From assembly GCA_963555825.3 (NCBI GenBank), contig CAUVXB020000001.1:608001-672000 (forward strand): 64,000 bases of DNA, read 5' to 3'. Below are positions 43,055 through 53,316 of this stretch, in pieces. Source of the stretch: Alphaproteobacteria bacterium (GTDB lineage: Bacteria > Pseudomonadota > Alphaproteobacteria > JAAXGF01). A program made the position numbers and the translations under genes. The notes beneath the pieces were generated by a model that was not told the DNA's origin, searched no databases, and saw only the letters and a list, made by a program, of their open reading frames with translations. Numbering within the stretch: position 1 is the first letter of the stretch; each line of letters begins with the position of its first letter.

Positions 43055-43243
43055 GACAAACTTGTGTCCAAGGAACCGGGTGCGATACACCAAACTGTCC
43101 AACAAAGTGGGACCACCTCAGACACTCGGCGGCCTGCGCGCTAAGGTTTCGGCTTGTCAAATTCGAAGGTGCCTATGAATGCACCGTCTGCATTTTCCAT
43201 TATCGTTTGGTGCAAGGCCGTAATTGTGAATTGGGGGGACAAG

Positions 43244-43720
43244 ATGACGTATCTACGAAACTTCAAGCCATGCGTGTTCGCAGTGGTATTTCTGGTGGCC
43301 GGGTTGGTTTCGACGAGTCCCGCCTTGGCGCACAGCGTGAGTGCACAGATCAAAGAGATAAGCGCGAAATGGGTAGCGGCTTTCAAACAGAGAGACTTCG
43401 TGATGATCGAAGCGCTCTACACGTAGGATGGATTGTTGCTTCCATCCAACTCGCCGCCGATCGAAGGTCCAAAGGCGGTCGTTGAAGTCTGGAAGAGTTG
43501 GCGCGAGCTCCCCAACGTCGCAATCGAATTCGGCGCCAACCGTATCGAAGTCTCTTCGTCGGGCGACATGGCGTATGACTACGGCTGGTACACATTCGCC
43601 TTCGATACCGACAATGGCCGCTTTGAGGACAAGGGCAAATACGTCGTCGTCTGGAAGAGGGTGGACGGCGCGTGGAAGGTCGCGGCCGACATTTTCAACA
43701 CGAACCTGCCTGCGGAATAG
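43244..43720 (+). pseudogene. Exported DUF4440/SnoaL-like (NTF2 fold) protein with an in-frame TAG
   Basis: Signal peptide; ALYT-TAG(43424-43426)-DGLLLP; SGDMAYDYG, GKYVVVWKR..G.WK...DIFN. Confidence 0.85.
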
Positions 43721-43825
43721 GGTTAATCCGTCAAACAGCGAGCGGCGCTGTACGAGGCGAGGGGTGACGCGGTCGCGCCGTCCGATGCTGGCTGCAAGCG
43801 GACTCGATGGCCGTACCACGTCAAT

Positions 43826-43869
43826 TTCGAACTGAGACACGACCCGCTTCGAACTGAGACGCGAACCGC
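43826..43869. repeat. 22-bp tandem duplication
   Basis: TTCGAACTGAGACACGACCCGC / TTCGAACTGAGACGCGAACCGC (20/22 identical). Confidence 0.8.
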
Positions 43870-43870
43870 G

Positions 43871-44860
43871 TCAGCCCGAAGTTAGCGCCTTCATATACAA
43901 CGCGCGGTCGAGGTTGCCACCGGACAGGACGAGCGCGATCTTCTTGCCGCGCATCGCCTCGCGTTCCTTCAGGAGCGCGGCGAGTTGCGCGGCGCCGGCG
44001 CCCTCGGCGATGTTGTGGGTGTCCGAGAAGAGGTGGCCCATGGCGGCGAGGATTTCGTCTTCCGACACACTGACGACGCGCTCGGCGCCCTTCATGATGA
44101 TCTCGAGCGCGCGTTGGTCGGGCACGCGCACCGCCATGCCGTCGGCCAACGTGTCGGCCGCGTTGGTCGAGATCGACCGGCCGGCTTCGAACGACAGCGC
44201 GTAAGCCGCCGCCTTCTCGGCGACGACGCCGACCACCTTGGTGGCAAGCCCCAGCGCGTCGCGCGCGGCGATCGTGCCGCAGATGCCCGAGCCGAGCCCG
44301 ATCGGCACATAGATCGTGTCGAAATCGGGCGCCGCGCGCATCAGCTCGAGCCCGTAGCTCGCGACGCCCTTGACGAGCAACGGATCGAACGACGGCACCA
44401 TGTGCAGGCCGCGTTGCTCGGCGAGCGCCGTGGCATGGTCGAAGGCGGCGGTGAAGTCGTGACCGGCCTCGACGATCTCGGCGCCCAAGGCGCGCATCGC
44501 GTTATTCTTCTCGACGCTGTTGCCGTGCGGCGCGACGACCGTGGCGGTCATGCCGAGCGCGCGGGCGGCGAAGGCGACGCTCTGGCCGTGGTTGCCCCGC
44601 GTCGCGGCGATGACGCCTTCGAGGCCGGGATCGCGGCGCTTGATCTCGGCCATGTAGACCAGCCCGCCGCGCAGCTTGAACGAGCCGATCGGGGTGTGGT
44701 TCTCGTGCTTGACCCAGACCTCGCAGCCGCAGCGTTCCGAGAGCAGCGGCCAGTGGATCTGCGCGGTCGGCGTCACCGATCGGTGGACCAGCGCGGCGGC
44801 GGCTTCGAGTTCGGCGAGGCTCGGCATTTTGGCTCTCGATATGACGTTGGGCTGTCCCAT
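43871..44860 (-). CDS. PLP-dependent threonine/serine dehydratase family
   Basis: KHEN.TPIGSFKLRGG, RGNHGQ, PIGLGSG, LSGGN. Confidence 0.93.
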   Translation of the reverse strand: MGQPNVISRAKMPSLAELEAAAALVHRSVTPTAQIHWPLLSERCGCEVWVKHENHTPIGSFKLRGGLVYMAEIKRRDPGLEGVIAATRGNHGQSVAFAARALGMTATVVAPHGNSVEKNNAMRALGAEIVEAGHDFTAAFDHATALAEQRGLHMVPSFDPLLVKGVASYGLELMRAAPDFDTIYVPIGLGSGICGTIAARDALGLATKVVGVVAEKAAAYALSFEAGRSISTNAADTLADGMAVRVPDQRALEIIMKGAERVVSVSEDEILAAMGHLFSDTHNIAEGAGAAQLAALLKEREAMRGKKIALVLSGGNLDRALYMKALTSG

Positions 44861-44991
44861 CGTGGCCGAAGCGGGTGGCCTGGGTAAAGGCCGAATGCGC
44901 GGCCTTCCCGTGGCTCGCGTCGCCGGGTGAATTGGGTTACCGTGACCGGGTCGGCGGCGCTTCGATTTACGCGTGAGTTGGGAATGACACC

Positions 44992-45759
44992 ATGAGGTTC
45001 GACGGTAAATCGGTGCTGATCACCGGTGCGACATCTGGCATCGGGGCGGCGACGGCGCGCGCGTTCGCCGCCCTCGGCGCCGATCTGCTGCTCACCGGGC
45101 GCGACGAGGCGCGCGGCGCCGCGGTGCTTGGCTCGATCGCGGATGCCGCCGGTAAAGCGGCGTTCGTCGCCGCCGACGTGCGCGACGCGGCAACGGGCGA
45201 TGTGCTGGTCGCCGACGCGGTGGCGCGCTTCGGCCGGCTCGACGTGCTGGTCAACAATGCCGGCATCATCTACCGCGCGACCGCCGAGGAGACCACCGAC
45301 GAGCAGTGGCGCGACACCATGGCGGTCAACGTCGACGCGGTCATGCATTTCAGCCGCGCGGCGGTGCGCGTCATGAAGGACCAGGCCGGCGGCGGCGCGA
45401 TCGTCAACGTCGCCTCCGACGCCTCGTTCGTCGCCGGGCGCAGGTCGGCGGCCTACTGTACGAGCAAGGGGGCGGTGATCCAGCTGACGCGCGCCATGGC
45501 GCTCGACCACGCGAGGCAGGGCATCCGGGTCAATTCGGTGTGTCCGACCGACGTCGAGACGCCGATGCTGGCGGGCGAGGCCGGGCAGCTCGGCATCGCG
45601 CCCGCCGATTATTTTGCCGCATCGGCGAAATCGGTTCCCATGGGCCGCATCGGCCAGCCTGAAGACGTCGCCAATGCGATCGTCTTCCTGGCCTCGGACC
45701 GCGCGTCGTTCATTACCGGCACCGGCCTTCTGGTCGATGGCGGCGCGACGGCGCAGTAA
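44992..45759 (+). CDS. SDR family oxidoreductase
   Basis: [17 protein letters not shown]. Confidence 0.95.
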   Translation: MRFDGKSVLITGATSGIGAATARAFAALGADLLLTGRDEARGAAVLGSIADAAGKAAFVAADVRDAATGDVLVADAVARFGRLDVLVNNAGIIYRATAEETTDEQWRDTMAVNVDAVMHFSRAAVRVMKDQAGGGAIVNVASDASFVAGRRSAAYCTSKGAVIQLTRAMALDHARQGIRVNSVCPTDVETPMLAGEAGQLGIAPADYFAASAKSVPMGRIGQPEDVANAIVFLASDRASFITGTGLLVDGGATAQ

Positions 45760-45767
45760 CCGGGCGG

Positions 45768-47375
45768 ATGACGATCCTCGAAACGGCGATCGACCCGCGG
45801 AGCGCGACATTCCGCGACAACGCCGCGATCATGACCGGGCTGGTCGAAGACTTGGCCGCGCAAGTCGCGACGATCAGGGAGGGCGGTGGCGAGAAGGCGC
45901 GCGCGCGGCATCTCGCACGCGGCAAGCTGTTGCCGCGCGAGCGGGTCGAGACGTTGCTCGACGTCGGCGCGCCGTTCCTCGAGTTCAGCCAGCTCGCCGC
46001 CCATGGGGTTTACGACGAGGCGGTACCGGCGGCCGGCCTGATCGCCGGCATCGGCCGCATCGAGGGCCGCGAATGCGTCGTCGTCGCCAATGACGCCACG
46101 GTCAAGGGCGGCACCTACTATCCGCTCACCGTGAAGAAGCACCTGCGCGCCCAGGAGATCGCCCGCGAGAACAACCTGCCCTGCGTCTATCTGGTCGATT
46201 CGGGCGGCGCCAACTTGCCGCGCCAAGAGGATGTCTTTCCCGACCGCGACCATTTTGGGCGCATCTTCTACAACCAGGCGACGCTGTCGGCGGCCAATAT
46301 CCCCCAGGTCGCCGTCGTCATGGGCTCGTGCACCGCGGGCGGCGCCTATGTGCCGGCGATGTCCGACGAGGCGGTCATCGTCGAAGGGCAGGGGACGATC
46401 TTCCTGGGCGGCCCGCCGTTGGTCAAGGCGGCGACCGGCGAGGTGGTCAGCGCCGAGGAGCTCGGCGGCGCCGATGTCCATGCGCGCGTCTCGGGCGTCG
46501 CCGATCACGCGGCGCGCGACGACGTCCACGCGCTGGCCATCGCGCGGCGCATCGTCGCCAACCTGAACCGCGTCAAGGCGCCGGCGCTCGACCTCGCCGA
46601 GCCCGAGGCGCCGCGCCACGACCCGGCCGAGATCCATGGCGTCGTGCCGGCCGATCCGCGCAAGCCCTACGACGTGCACGAGGTCATTGCGCGCATCGTC
46701 GACGCCAGCCGGTTCGACGAATTCAAGAAGCGCTATGGCGCGACGCTGGTAACCGGCTTCGCGCGCATCTTCGGCTATCCCGTCGGCATCGTCGCGAACA
46801 ACGGCATCCTGTTTTCCGAATCGGCGCTCAAGGGCGCCCACTTCGTCGAGCTGTGCAGCCAGCGCGGTATCCCGCTGATCTTCCTGCAGAACATCACCGG
46901 CTTCATGGTCGGCAAGAAGTACGAGGCCGGCGGCATTGCCAAGGACGGCGCCAAGATGGTCACCGCGGTGGCCTGCGCGCGCGTGCCCAAGCTGACCGTC
47001 ATCATCGGCGGCAGCTTCGGCGCCGGCAACTACGCCATGTGCGGCCGCGCCTACGGCCCGCGCTTCCTGTGGACCTGGCCCAACGCGCGCATCTCGGTGA
47101 TGGGCGGCGAGCAGGCGGCGAGCGTGCTGGCACAGGTGCGCCGCGACAACATCGAGGCGCGCGGCGAGAACTGGAGCGCCGACGACGAGGCGGCGTTCAA
47201 GGCGCCGATCGTGGCGCGCTACGAGGCCGAGGGGCACCCCTATTACGCCTCGGCCCGGCTGTGGGACGACGGCATCATCGACCCCGCCGAGACGCGCATG
47301 GTGCTCGGCCTCGGCCTCTCGGCCGCGCTCAACGCGCCGATCGAGAAGACCACGTTTGGTGTCTTCAGAATGTAA
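45768..47375 (+). CDS. mccB: 3-methylcrotonyl-CoA carboxylase beta subunit
   Basis: [39 protein letters not shown]. Confidence 0.96.
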   Translation: MTILETAIDPRSATFRDNAAIMTGLVEDLAAQVATIREGGGEKARARHLARGKLLPRERVETLLDVGAPFLEFSQLAAHGVYDEAVPAAGLIAGIGRIEGRECVVVANDATVKGGTYYPLTVKKHLRAQEIARENNLPCVYLVDSGGANLPRQEDVFPDRDHFGRIFYNQATLSAANIPQVAVVMGSCTAGGAYVPAMSDEAVIVEGQGTIFLGGPPLVKAATGEVVSAEELGGADVHARVSGVADHAARDDVHALAIARRIVANLNRVKAPALDLAEPEAPRHDPAEIHGVVPADPRKPYDVHEVIARIVDASRFDEFKKRYGATLVTGFARIFGYPVGIVANNGILFSESALKGAHFVELCSQRGIPLIFLQNITGFMVGKKYEAGGIAKDGAKMVTAVACARVPKLTVIIGGSFGAGNYAMCGRAYGPRFLWTWPNARISVMGGEQAASVLAQVRRDNIEARGENWSADDEAAFKAPIVARYEAEGHPYYASARLWDDGIIDPAETRMVLGLGLSAALNAPIEKTTFGVFRM

Positions 47376-47390
47376 CCCGGAGGCGGCGAC

Positions 47391-48185
47391 ATGAGCGAAG
47401 ACAGCGTCCTTCTCAATGCATCGCCGGGCGGCGTCGCGACGATCACGCTGAACCGGCCAGAGGTGCACAACGCGTTCAACGAGCATGTCGTCGAGCGCCT
47501 GAACGACATCCTCGACGAGCTCGCCGGCGCCGACGGCGTGCGCGCGGTGCTGCTCGACGCCGTCGGCAAGAGCTTCTCGGCCGGCGCCGACCTCGACCTG
47601 ATGCGCCGCGCCGCCGAGGATTTCACCGAGGGCGACAACCTCGAGGACGCGCGCGCGATGGGCGAAATGTGGCACCGCCTCGCCACCCTGCCCAAGCCGA
47701 CCATCGCCTTGGTCCAGGGCGCGGCCTATGGCGGCGGCGTCGGCTTGGTCGCCGCCTGCGACATCGCGATCGCCACCAGGGACGCCGTCTTCAGCCTCTC
47801 CGAGGTCAAGCTGGGGCTGATTCCCTCGACCATCTCGCCCTATTTCATCGAAGCCGTCGGCGCCCGGCACGCCCGGCGCTACATGATGACTGGCGAACGC
47901 TTCGATGCCGATGAGGCGCGGCGCATCGGCTTGGTGCACGAGGTCGTCGATGACGTGCCGGGTCTCGCCGCCGCCGCCGAGGCGATCGTCACGCAGATCT
48001 ACGCCGCCGCGCCGGGTGCCGTGGCCGAGACGAAAGCGCTCGTCAGCGACGTCGCCGGCCGGCCGATCGACCATCACCTGATCGAGCAACGGGCGAAGGG
48101 CATCGCCCATCGCCGGGCGACCGACGAAGCGCGCGAGGGCGTCGCCGCCTTCCTCGCCAAGCGCAAGCCCGCCTGGCGCGACTGA
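47391..48185 (+). CDS. liuC: Methylglutaconyl-CoA hydratase (crotonase family)
   Basis: LNRPEVHNAF, FSAGADL, GGGVGL, SEVKLGLIP; between mccB and mccA. Confidence 0.9.
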   Translation: MSEDSVLLNASPGGVATITLNRPEVHNAFNEHVVERLNDILDELAGADGVRAVLLDAVGKSFSAGADLDLMRRAAEDFTEGDNLEDARAMGEMWHRLATLPKPTIALVQGAAYGGGVGLVAACDIAIATRDAVFSLSEVKLGLIPSTISPYFIEAVGARHARRYMMTGERFDADEARRIGLVHEVVDDVPGLAAAAEAIVTQIYAAAPGAVAETKALVSDVAGRPIDHHLIEQRAKGIAHRRATDEAREGVAAFLAKRKPAWRD

Positions 48186-48190
48186 ATACC

Positions 48191-50167
48191 GTGTTCGACA
48201 CGCTGCTCATCGCCAATCGCGGCGAGATCGCTTGCCGGGTGATGCTCACGGCGCGACATATGGGTTTGCGCTGCATCGCCGTCTATACCGAGCCGGACGC
48301 GGACGCCATGCACGTCGGCGAAGCCGACGCGGCGTATCCGCTCGGCGACTCGAGCGGTTACCTCGACGGTGAGGCGGTGCTGGAAGCGGCGCGCGCGAGC
48401 GGCGCCCAGGCGATCCATCCGGGTTACGGTTTCCTGGCCGAGAACGCCGGTTTCGCCGAGTCCTGTGCGGATGCCGGCATCACCTTCGTCGGACCGCCGG
48501 CGCAGGCGATCCGCGGCATGGGCGAGAAGGACGCGGCGCGCGCCTTGATGATCGAGGTCGGCGTGCCCGTGGTGCCGGGCGACGACGGTTCCGACCAGGC
48601 CGACGATGCGCTCGCCGCGGCGGCCGAGCGCGTCGGCTACCCCGTGCTGCTCAAGCCGACGGCGGGTGGTGGCGGCAAGGGCATGCGCGTCGTCGACAAG
48701 GCGACCGATTTCGCTACCGCCTTGATTGCCGCGCGCCGCGAGGCCACGGCGGCGTTCGGCGATGACCGCATCCTCGTCGAGAAATTTCTTTCGCGGCCGC
48801 GCCATATCGAGGTTCAGGTCTTCGGCGACGCCCAGGGCAACCTCGTGCATTTGTTCGAGCGCGAATGCTCGCTCCAGCGCCGCCACCAGAAGATTGTCGA
48901 GGAGGCGCCGGCGCCCGGGCTCGACGCGGCGCTGCGCCAAGGCCTCGCCGACGCGGCGCTGGCGGCGGCGCGCGCCGTCGGTTATGTCGGCGCCGGCACG
49001 GTCGAGTTCCTGGTCGAAGCCGATGGTGGTTTCTACTTCCTCGAGATGAACACCCGGCTGCAGGTCGAGCATGCGGTGAGCGAGATGATCACCGGCTTCG
49101 ACCTTGTCGAGTGGCAGTTGCGTGTCGCCGCCGGCGAGCCGTTGCCCCGGCGCCAGGACGAGATCGTGCAGCGCGGCCATGCCATCGAGGCACGGCTCTA
49201 TGCCGAGGACCCGGCGCGGGACTTTATGTCGGCACCGGGGCTGATCACGCATCTCCGCACACCCGCCCAAGACATTCATTGTCGCGTCGATACGGGTGTC
49301 TGCGCGGGCGCGACGGTGAGCATTCACTACGACCCGATGATCGCCAAGCTGGTCGTCTGGGACGCGGACCGCGGCGCGGCGCTCCGCCGGCTACGCGCGG
49401 CGCTCGGCGAGACGCAGATCGCCGGCCCGCTCACCAACGTCGACTTCCTGACGTCGCTCGCGGCACACCCCGACGTTGCCGCCGGCAGCGTCGACACCGG
49501 TTGGGTCGAGCGCCACGTCGCGGCGTTGGTCGGCGAAGCGGCGTTGACGCCCGACCGTGTGCTGGCGCTCGCCAGCCTCGACTGGCTGCTGCGCCGCAAG
49601 ACCGCCGCCGCGGGCGCACCGGGCGATCCCAATTCGCCGTGGGATTTGGCTACCGGCTGGCGGCTCAACCACCGCGCACGGCACGACCTCCATTACCTCG
49701 ACGGCGAGGCCGAGCGGGTCGTCGGCGCCGTGTTCCTTGCCGACGGCTATCGCCTCGGGCCAGTCGTCGCGACGGGCGAACGGGACGGGGCGGGCGAGTT
49801 GACGGCGATGTTGGATGGCGTTCGCATGACCGCCACGGTGGTCGAGCGCGGCCTTGACGTCACGGTGTTCGCCGACGGCCGCTGCCATCGCCTGCGCCGC
49901 CACGACCCGCTCGATGTGGCCGGCGCCGATGCCGTGGCCGGTGGGCGCTTGACCGCGCCGATGCCGGGGCGGATCGCCGCCGTGCTGGTCGAGCCTGGCG
50001 CCGTGGTCGCGCGCGGTGCGCCGTTGATCGTGCTCGAGGCGATGAAGATGGAGCATTCGATCACGGCGCCCGCCGACGGCCGCGTCGATCGTGTCAACTA
50101 CGCCGTCGGCGACCTGGTCGAGGAGGGCGCCGAACTGGTCGCCATCGGCGTCGAGGGTGAGGAGTGA
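48191..50167 (+). CDS. mccA: 3-methylcrotonyl-CoA carboxylase alpha subunit
   Basis: [28 protein letters not shown]; operon context. Confidence 0.93.
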   Translation: MFDTLLIANRGEIACRVMLTARHMGLRCIAVYTEPDADAMHVGEADAAYPLGDSSGYLDGEAVLEAARASGAQAIHPGYGFLAENAGFAESCADAGITFVGPPAQAIRGMGEKDAARALMIEVGVPVVPGDDGSDQADDALAAAAERVGYPVLLKPTAGGGGKGMRVVDKATDFATALIAARREATAAFGDDRILVEKFLSRPRHIEVQVFGDAQGNLVHLFERECSLQRRHQKIVEEAPAPGLDAALRQGLADAALAAARAVGYVGAGTVEFLVEADGGFYFLEMNTRLQVEHAVSEMITGFDLVEWQLRVAAGEPLPRRQDEIVQRGHAIEARLYAEDPARDFMSAPGLITHLRTPAQDIHCRVDTGVCAGATVSIHYDPMIAKLVVWDADRGAALRRLRAALGETQIAGPLTNVDFLTSLAAHPDVAAGSVDTGWVERHVAALVGEAALTPDRVLALASLDWLLRRKTAAAGAPGDPNSPWDLATGWRLNHRARHDLHYLDGEAERVVGAVFLADGYRLGPVVATGERDGAGELTAMLDGVRMTATVVERGLDVTVFADGRCHRLRRHDPLDVAGADAVAGGRLTAPMPGRIAAVLVEPGAVVARGAPLIVLEAMKMEHSITAPADGRVDRVNYAVGDLVEEGAELVAIGVEGEE

Positions 50168-50168
50168 C

Positions 50169-51074
50169 ATGGCGTTTCCCCAATGTGTGACGATTGTCGA
50201 GGTCGGCGCGCGCGACGGCTTGCAGAACGAGCCGGAAATCGTTCCGACCGACGTCAAGGTCGCGCTGATCGACCGGCTTTCGGCGGCGGGATTGCCCGTC
50301 GTCGAGGCGACCAGCTTCGTTTCGGCGCGCTGGGTGCCGCAGCTCTCGGACGCAACAGATGTCATGGAAATAATCACTAAAAAATATAAGGTTAGGTATC
50401 CTGTTTTGACACCGAACATGAAGGGATTCGACGCGGCGATGACGGCCGGCGCCGAGGAAATCGCCGTGTTCGGCGCAGCGTCGGAGAGTTTTTCGCGAAA
50501 CAACATCAACTGCTCGATCGATGAGAGCCTGGAACGCTTCCGACCGGTCTGCGAGGCGGCGGCCGAGCGCGGCGTTCGCGTGCGCGGCTACGTGTCCTGC
50601 GTTCTCGGCTGTCCTTACGAAGGCGAAATCGCACCCGCGCAGGTCGCGCGCGTCGCGAGCGACCTGGTCTCAATGGGCTGTGCGGAAATCTCGTTGGGCG
50701 ACACGATCGGCGTCGGCACGCCCGCCAAGGCGCGCGCGATGGTCGAGGCGGTCGCCGCCGAAGTGCCGATCGAGCGGCTCGCCGCGCATTTCCACGACAC
50801 CTACGGCCAGGCGTTGGCCAACCTTCACGCGGTGCTCGAATTGGGCGTCGCCACCGTCGACACGTCGGTCGCCGGATTGGGCGGCTGCCCCTACGCGCCT
50901 GGCGCGGCGGGCAACGTCGCCACCGAGGACGTGGTCTATATGCTGCACGGCCTCGGCATCGGGACCGGCGTCGATCTCGACGCGCTGGTCGAGGCCGGCT
51001 GGTACATCTGCGACGCGCTGGGCCGGCCACCGGCATCGAAGGTATCGCTGGCGCTGCGCGGGCGCCGGCCATGA
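50169..51074 (+). CDS. hmgL: Hydroxymethylglutaryl-CoA lyase
   Basis: [37 protein letters not shown]. Confidence 0.96.
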   Translation: MAFPQCVTIVEVGARDGLQNEPEIVPTDVKVALIDRLSAAGLPVVEATSFVSARWVPQLSDATDVMEIITKKYKVRYPVLTPNMKGFDAAMTAGAEEIAVFGAASESFSRNNINCSIDESLERFRPVCEAAAERGVRVRGYVSCVLGCPYEGEIAPAQVARVASDLVSMGCAEISLGDTIGVGTPAKARAMVEAVAAEVPIERLAAHFHDTYGQALANLHAVLELGVATVDTSVAGLGGCPYAPGAAGNVATEDVVYMLHGLGIGTGVDLDALVEAGWYICDALGRPPASKVSLALRGRRP

Positions 51075-51087
51075 CCGACGCGGCGGC

Positions 51088-52476
51088 ATGAGGGCGATCG
51101 GGATTTCCCACGGCGTCGCCGGCCTTTCGACGGTCTTCGCCGTCGCACTGCTCGTCGTGCCCGTACCGGCCGGGGTGCCCGCCGGCGTTATGACGGCCGC
51201 GGCGCTCGCCGTGTTGGCGATCGGTTTTTGGGCGAGCGCGGTGCTGCCCGAACACGTCACGGCGCTCGGTTTCTTCCTGTTCGCCGTGTTGTTCACCGTG
51301 GCGCCGCCCGCCGTGGTCTTCTCGGGTTTCCACTCGACCGCGCTCTGGCTGGTCTTCGGTGGCCTGATCCTCAGCGTCGCGATCAAGCGCAGCGGGCTTG
51401 GCACGCGCATCGCGCGCACACTGGCGCGCCGACTGCTCGGCACCAGCTACCCGGCGATCATCGGCGGCGTCGTGGCGATCGCCGCGGTGCTCGCGTTCTT
51501 CGTGCCGTCGGCGATGGGGCGTATCCTGATGTTCGCGCCGATCGTCATGGCGCTCGCCGAACGCCTCGGCTTCGCGCCCGGCAGCCGGGGCTACACCGGC
51601 ATGGTACTGGCCGCCTGCCTGGGTACCAGCCTCGCCGGCTTCACCATCCTGACCGGCAACGTGCCCAACATGGTGCTGATCGGCGCCAGCGAAACGCTCT
51701 ATGACTTCGTGCCGGCCTACGGCGCCTATCTGTTGCTGCACTTCCCGGTGACCGGCGCGCTCAAGCTGGTCATGCTGGTCGGCTGTGTCTGCCTGCTGTT
51801 TCCCGACCGTCCCCATCCGGTCGATGACGACGAGGAGGAACCACCGGCCGATGACGGATCGGCGCGCCGCCTGATGATCATCCTGGTGGCGGCGCTGGCG
51901 TTGTGGTCGACCGACTTCATCCACCATATATCGCCCGCCTGGATCTCCCTGGCGGCCGCCATCCTGTGCCTGCTGCCGCGCATCGGCATGGTGCCGCCAA
52001 GCGCCTTCAACGGCGAGGTAAACTTCTCGTCGCTGTTCTTCGTCGCCGGCATCCTGGGTTTGGGCGCGATGATCGCCGATTCGGGGCTCGGCGATTACCT
52101 CGCCGGCGCGCTGGTCGAGATCGCCGGTCTGGTGCCGGGCGAGAACGGCCGCAACTTCGCGGTCATGGCGCTGATCTCGATACTGCTGTGTATCGTGACG
52201 ACCGTACCCGGTGTGCCCGCCGTCATGACGCCGCTCGCCGGCGGCATGGCCGCGGCCTCGGGTCTGCCGCTCGAGACTGTGCTGATGACCCAGGTGATCG
52301 GCTTCTCGACGCTGATCTTCCCCTACCAGACGCCGCCGGTGACCGTCGGCATGCAGCTCGCCGGCATTGGAAATCGCGACGCCCTGCGTCTCATGGCGTT
52401 GCTGTCGGCGCTCACCCTATTCGTTCTGCTGCCGCTGAATTTTGCCTGGTGGTCGTTGCTCGGTTATTTGCCGTGA
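51088..52476 (+). CDS. SLC13/DASS-family anion transporter
   Basis: Multi-TM; WLVFGG, PS..GR, NVPN, PYQ.PP. Confidence 0.85.
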   Translation: MRAIGISHGVAGLSTVFAVALLVVPVPAGVPAGVMTAAALAVLAIGFWASAVLPEHVTALGFFLFAVLFTVAPPAVVFSGFHSTALWLVFGGLILSVAIKRSGLGTRIARTLARRLLGTSYPAIIGGVVAIAAVLAFFVPSAMGRILMFAPIVMALAERLGFAPGSRGYTGMVLAACLGTSLAGFTILTGNVPNMVLIGASETLYDFVPAYGAYLLLHFPVTGALKLVMLVGCVCLLFPDRPHPVDDDEEEPPADDGSARRLMIILVAALALWSTDFIHHISPAWISLAAAILCLLPRIGMVPPSAFNGEVNFSSLFFVAGILGLGAMIADSGLGDYLAGALVEIAGLVPGENGRNFAVMALISILLCIVTTVPGVPAVMTPLAGGMAAASGLPLETVLMTQVIGFSTLIFPYQTPPVTVGMQLAGIGNRDALRLMALLSALTLFVLLPLNFAWWSLLGYLP

Positions 52477-52518
52477 ACCGCCGGCGGATGCTATGCACTC
52501 GAATCGAGGAGAGATAGA

Positions 52519-53316
52519 GTGGGCGTATTCGACACAGACGAATTCGACGACCACGAACGCGTCGTCTTCTGCCGCGACCCCGAGGCGGGTCTGCGCGCGA
52601 TCATCGCGGTTCACTCGACCGTTCTCGGACCGGCGCTCGGCGGTTGCCGCATGTGGCCCTACGGCTCCGAGGCCGACGCGCTGACCGACGCGCTGCGCCT
52701 CAGCCAGGCGATGACGTACAAGCATGCGCTGGCGGGCACGGGGCAGGGTGGCGGCAAGGCGGTCATCATCGGCGACGCCAAGACCGACAAGACACCCGTG
52801 CTGATGCGCGCCATGGGACGTGCCGTCGATGCGCTGGGCGGGCGCTACATCGTCGCCGAGGACGTCGGCACATCGGTCGAGGACATGGCCGCGGTGCGCG
52901 AGGTGACGCGCCATGTCGCGGGCATCGCCGAGGGCGGTAGCGGCGATCCGTCGCCGGTCGACGTCTTCGCGCCCTGTGCGCTGGGCGGCGTCCTGAACAA
53001 TCGGACGATCCCCGCGATCGCCGCGCCGATCGTCGCCGGCGCCGCCAACAACCAGCTCGACGAGGAAAGCGATGGCACGGCACTCGCCGGGCGCGGCATC
53101 CTCTATGCCCCCGATTATGCGATCAACGCCGGCGGCATCATCAACATCGCCTTCGAGGGCGATTATGACCGCGATCTGGCGATGCGTCGGACCGAAGGCA
53201 TCTTCGACACGTTGCTCGAGATCTTCCGGCGCGCCGACGCCGAGGGCGTGCCGACCAATCAAGTGGCCGACCGTCTGGCGGTCGAGCGAATAGAAACGGC
53301 GAGGAGCCCGGGCTAA
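52519..53316 (+). pseudogene. Leu/Phe/Val dehydrogenase with an in-frame internal deletion
   Basis: LGPALGGCR, MTYK, GGGKAV, AEDVG, GSGDPSP joined directly to VDVFAPCA; no GxGxxG segment; 265 aa. Confidence 0.8.

Larger units (their letters stand above)
41670..43089 (+). mobile_element. Inner IS3-family element
   Basis: TIR TGAGTCGGACCCGATTTCCTTGGACAC / GTGTCCAAGGAACCGGGTGCGATACA; no flanking duplication. Confidence 0.9.
41435..43120 (+). mobile_element. Outer IS3-family element, internally deleted
   Basis: TIR TGAGGTGGTCCCAGAAAATCGGACAG / CTGTCCAACAAAGTGGGACCACCTCA; 3-bp target duplication GAC. Confidence 0.9.
41245..43845. other. Segment bounded by imperfect 24-25 bp inverted repeats
   Basis: GGGTCGTGTTGAGTTTGAAATTCA (41245-41268) versus GGGTCGTGTCTCAGTTCGAAATTGA (reverse complement of 43821-43845). 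Confidence 0.6.

Noticed and set aside
45609-48110. Long antisense or alternate-frame ORFs (for example 833 aa here, 670 aa at 10512-12524, 651 aa at 50521)
   Set aside because: Shadow frames or upstream extensions of well-supported genes, caused by GC3 bias
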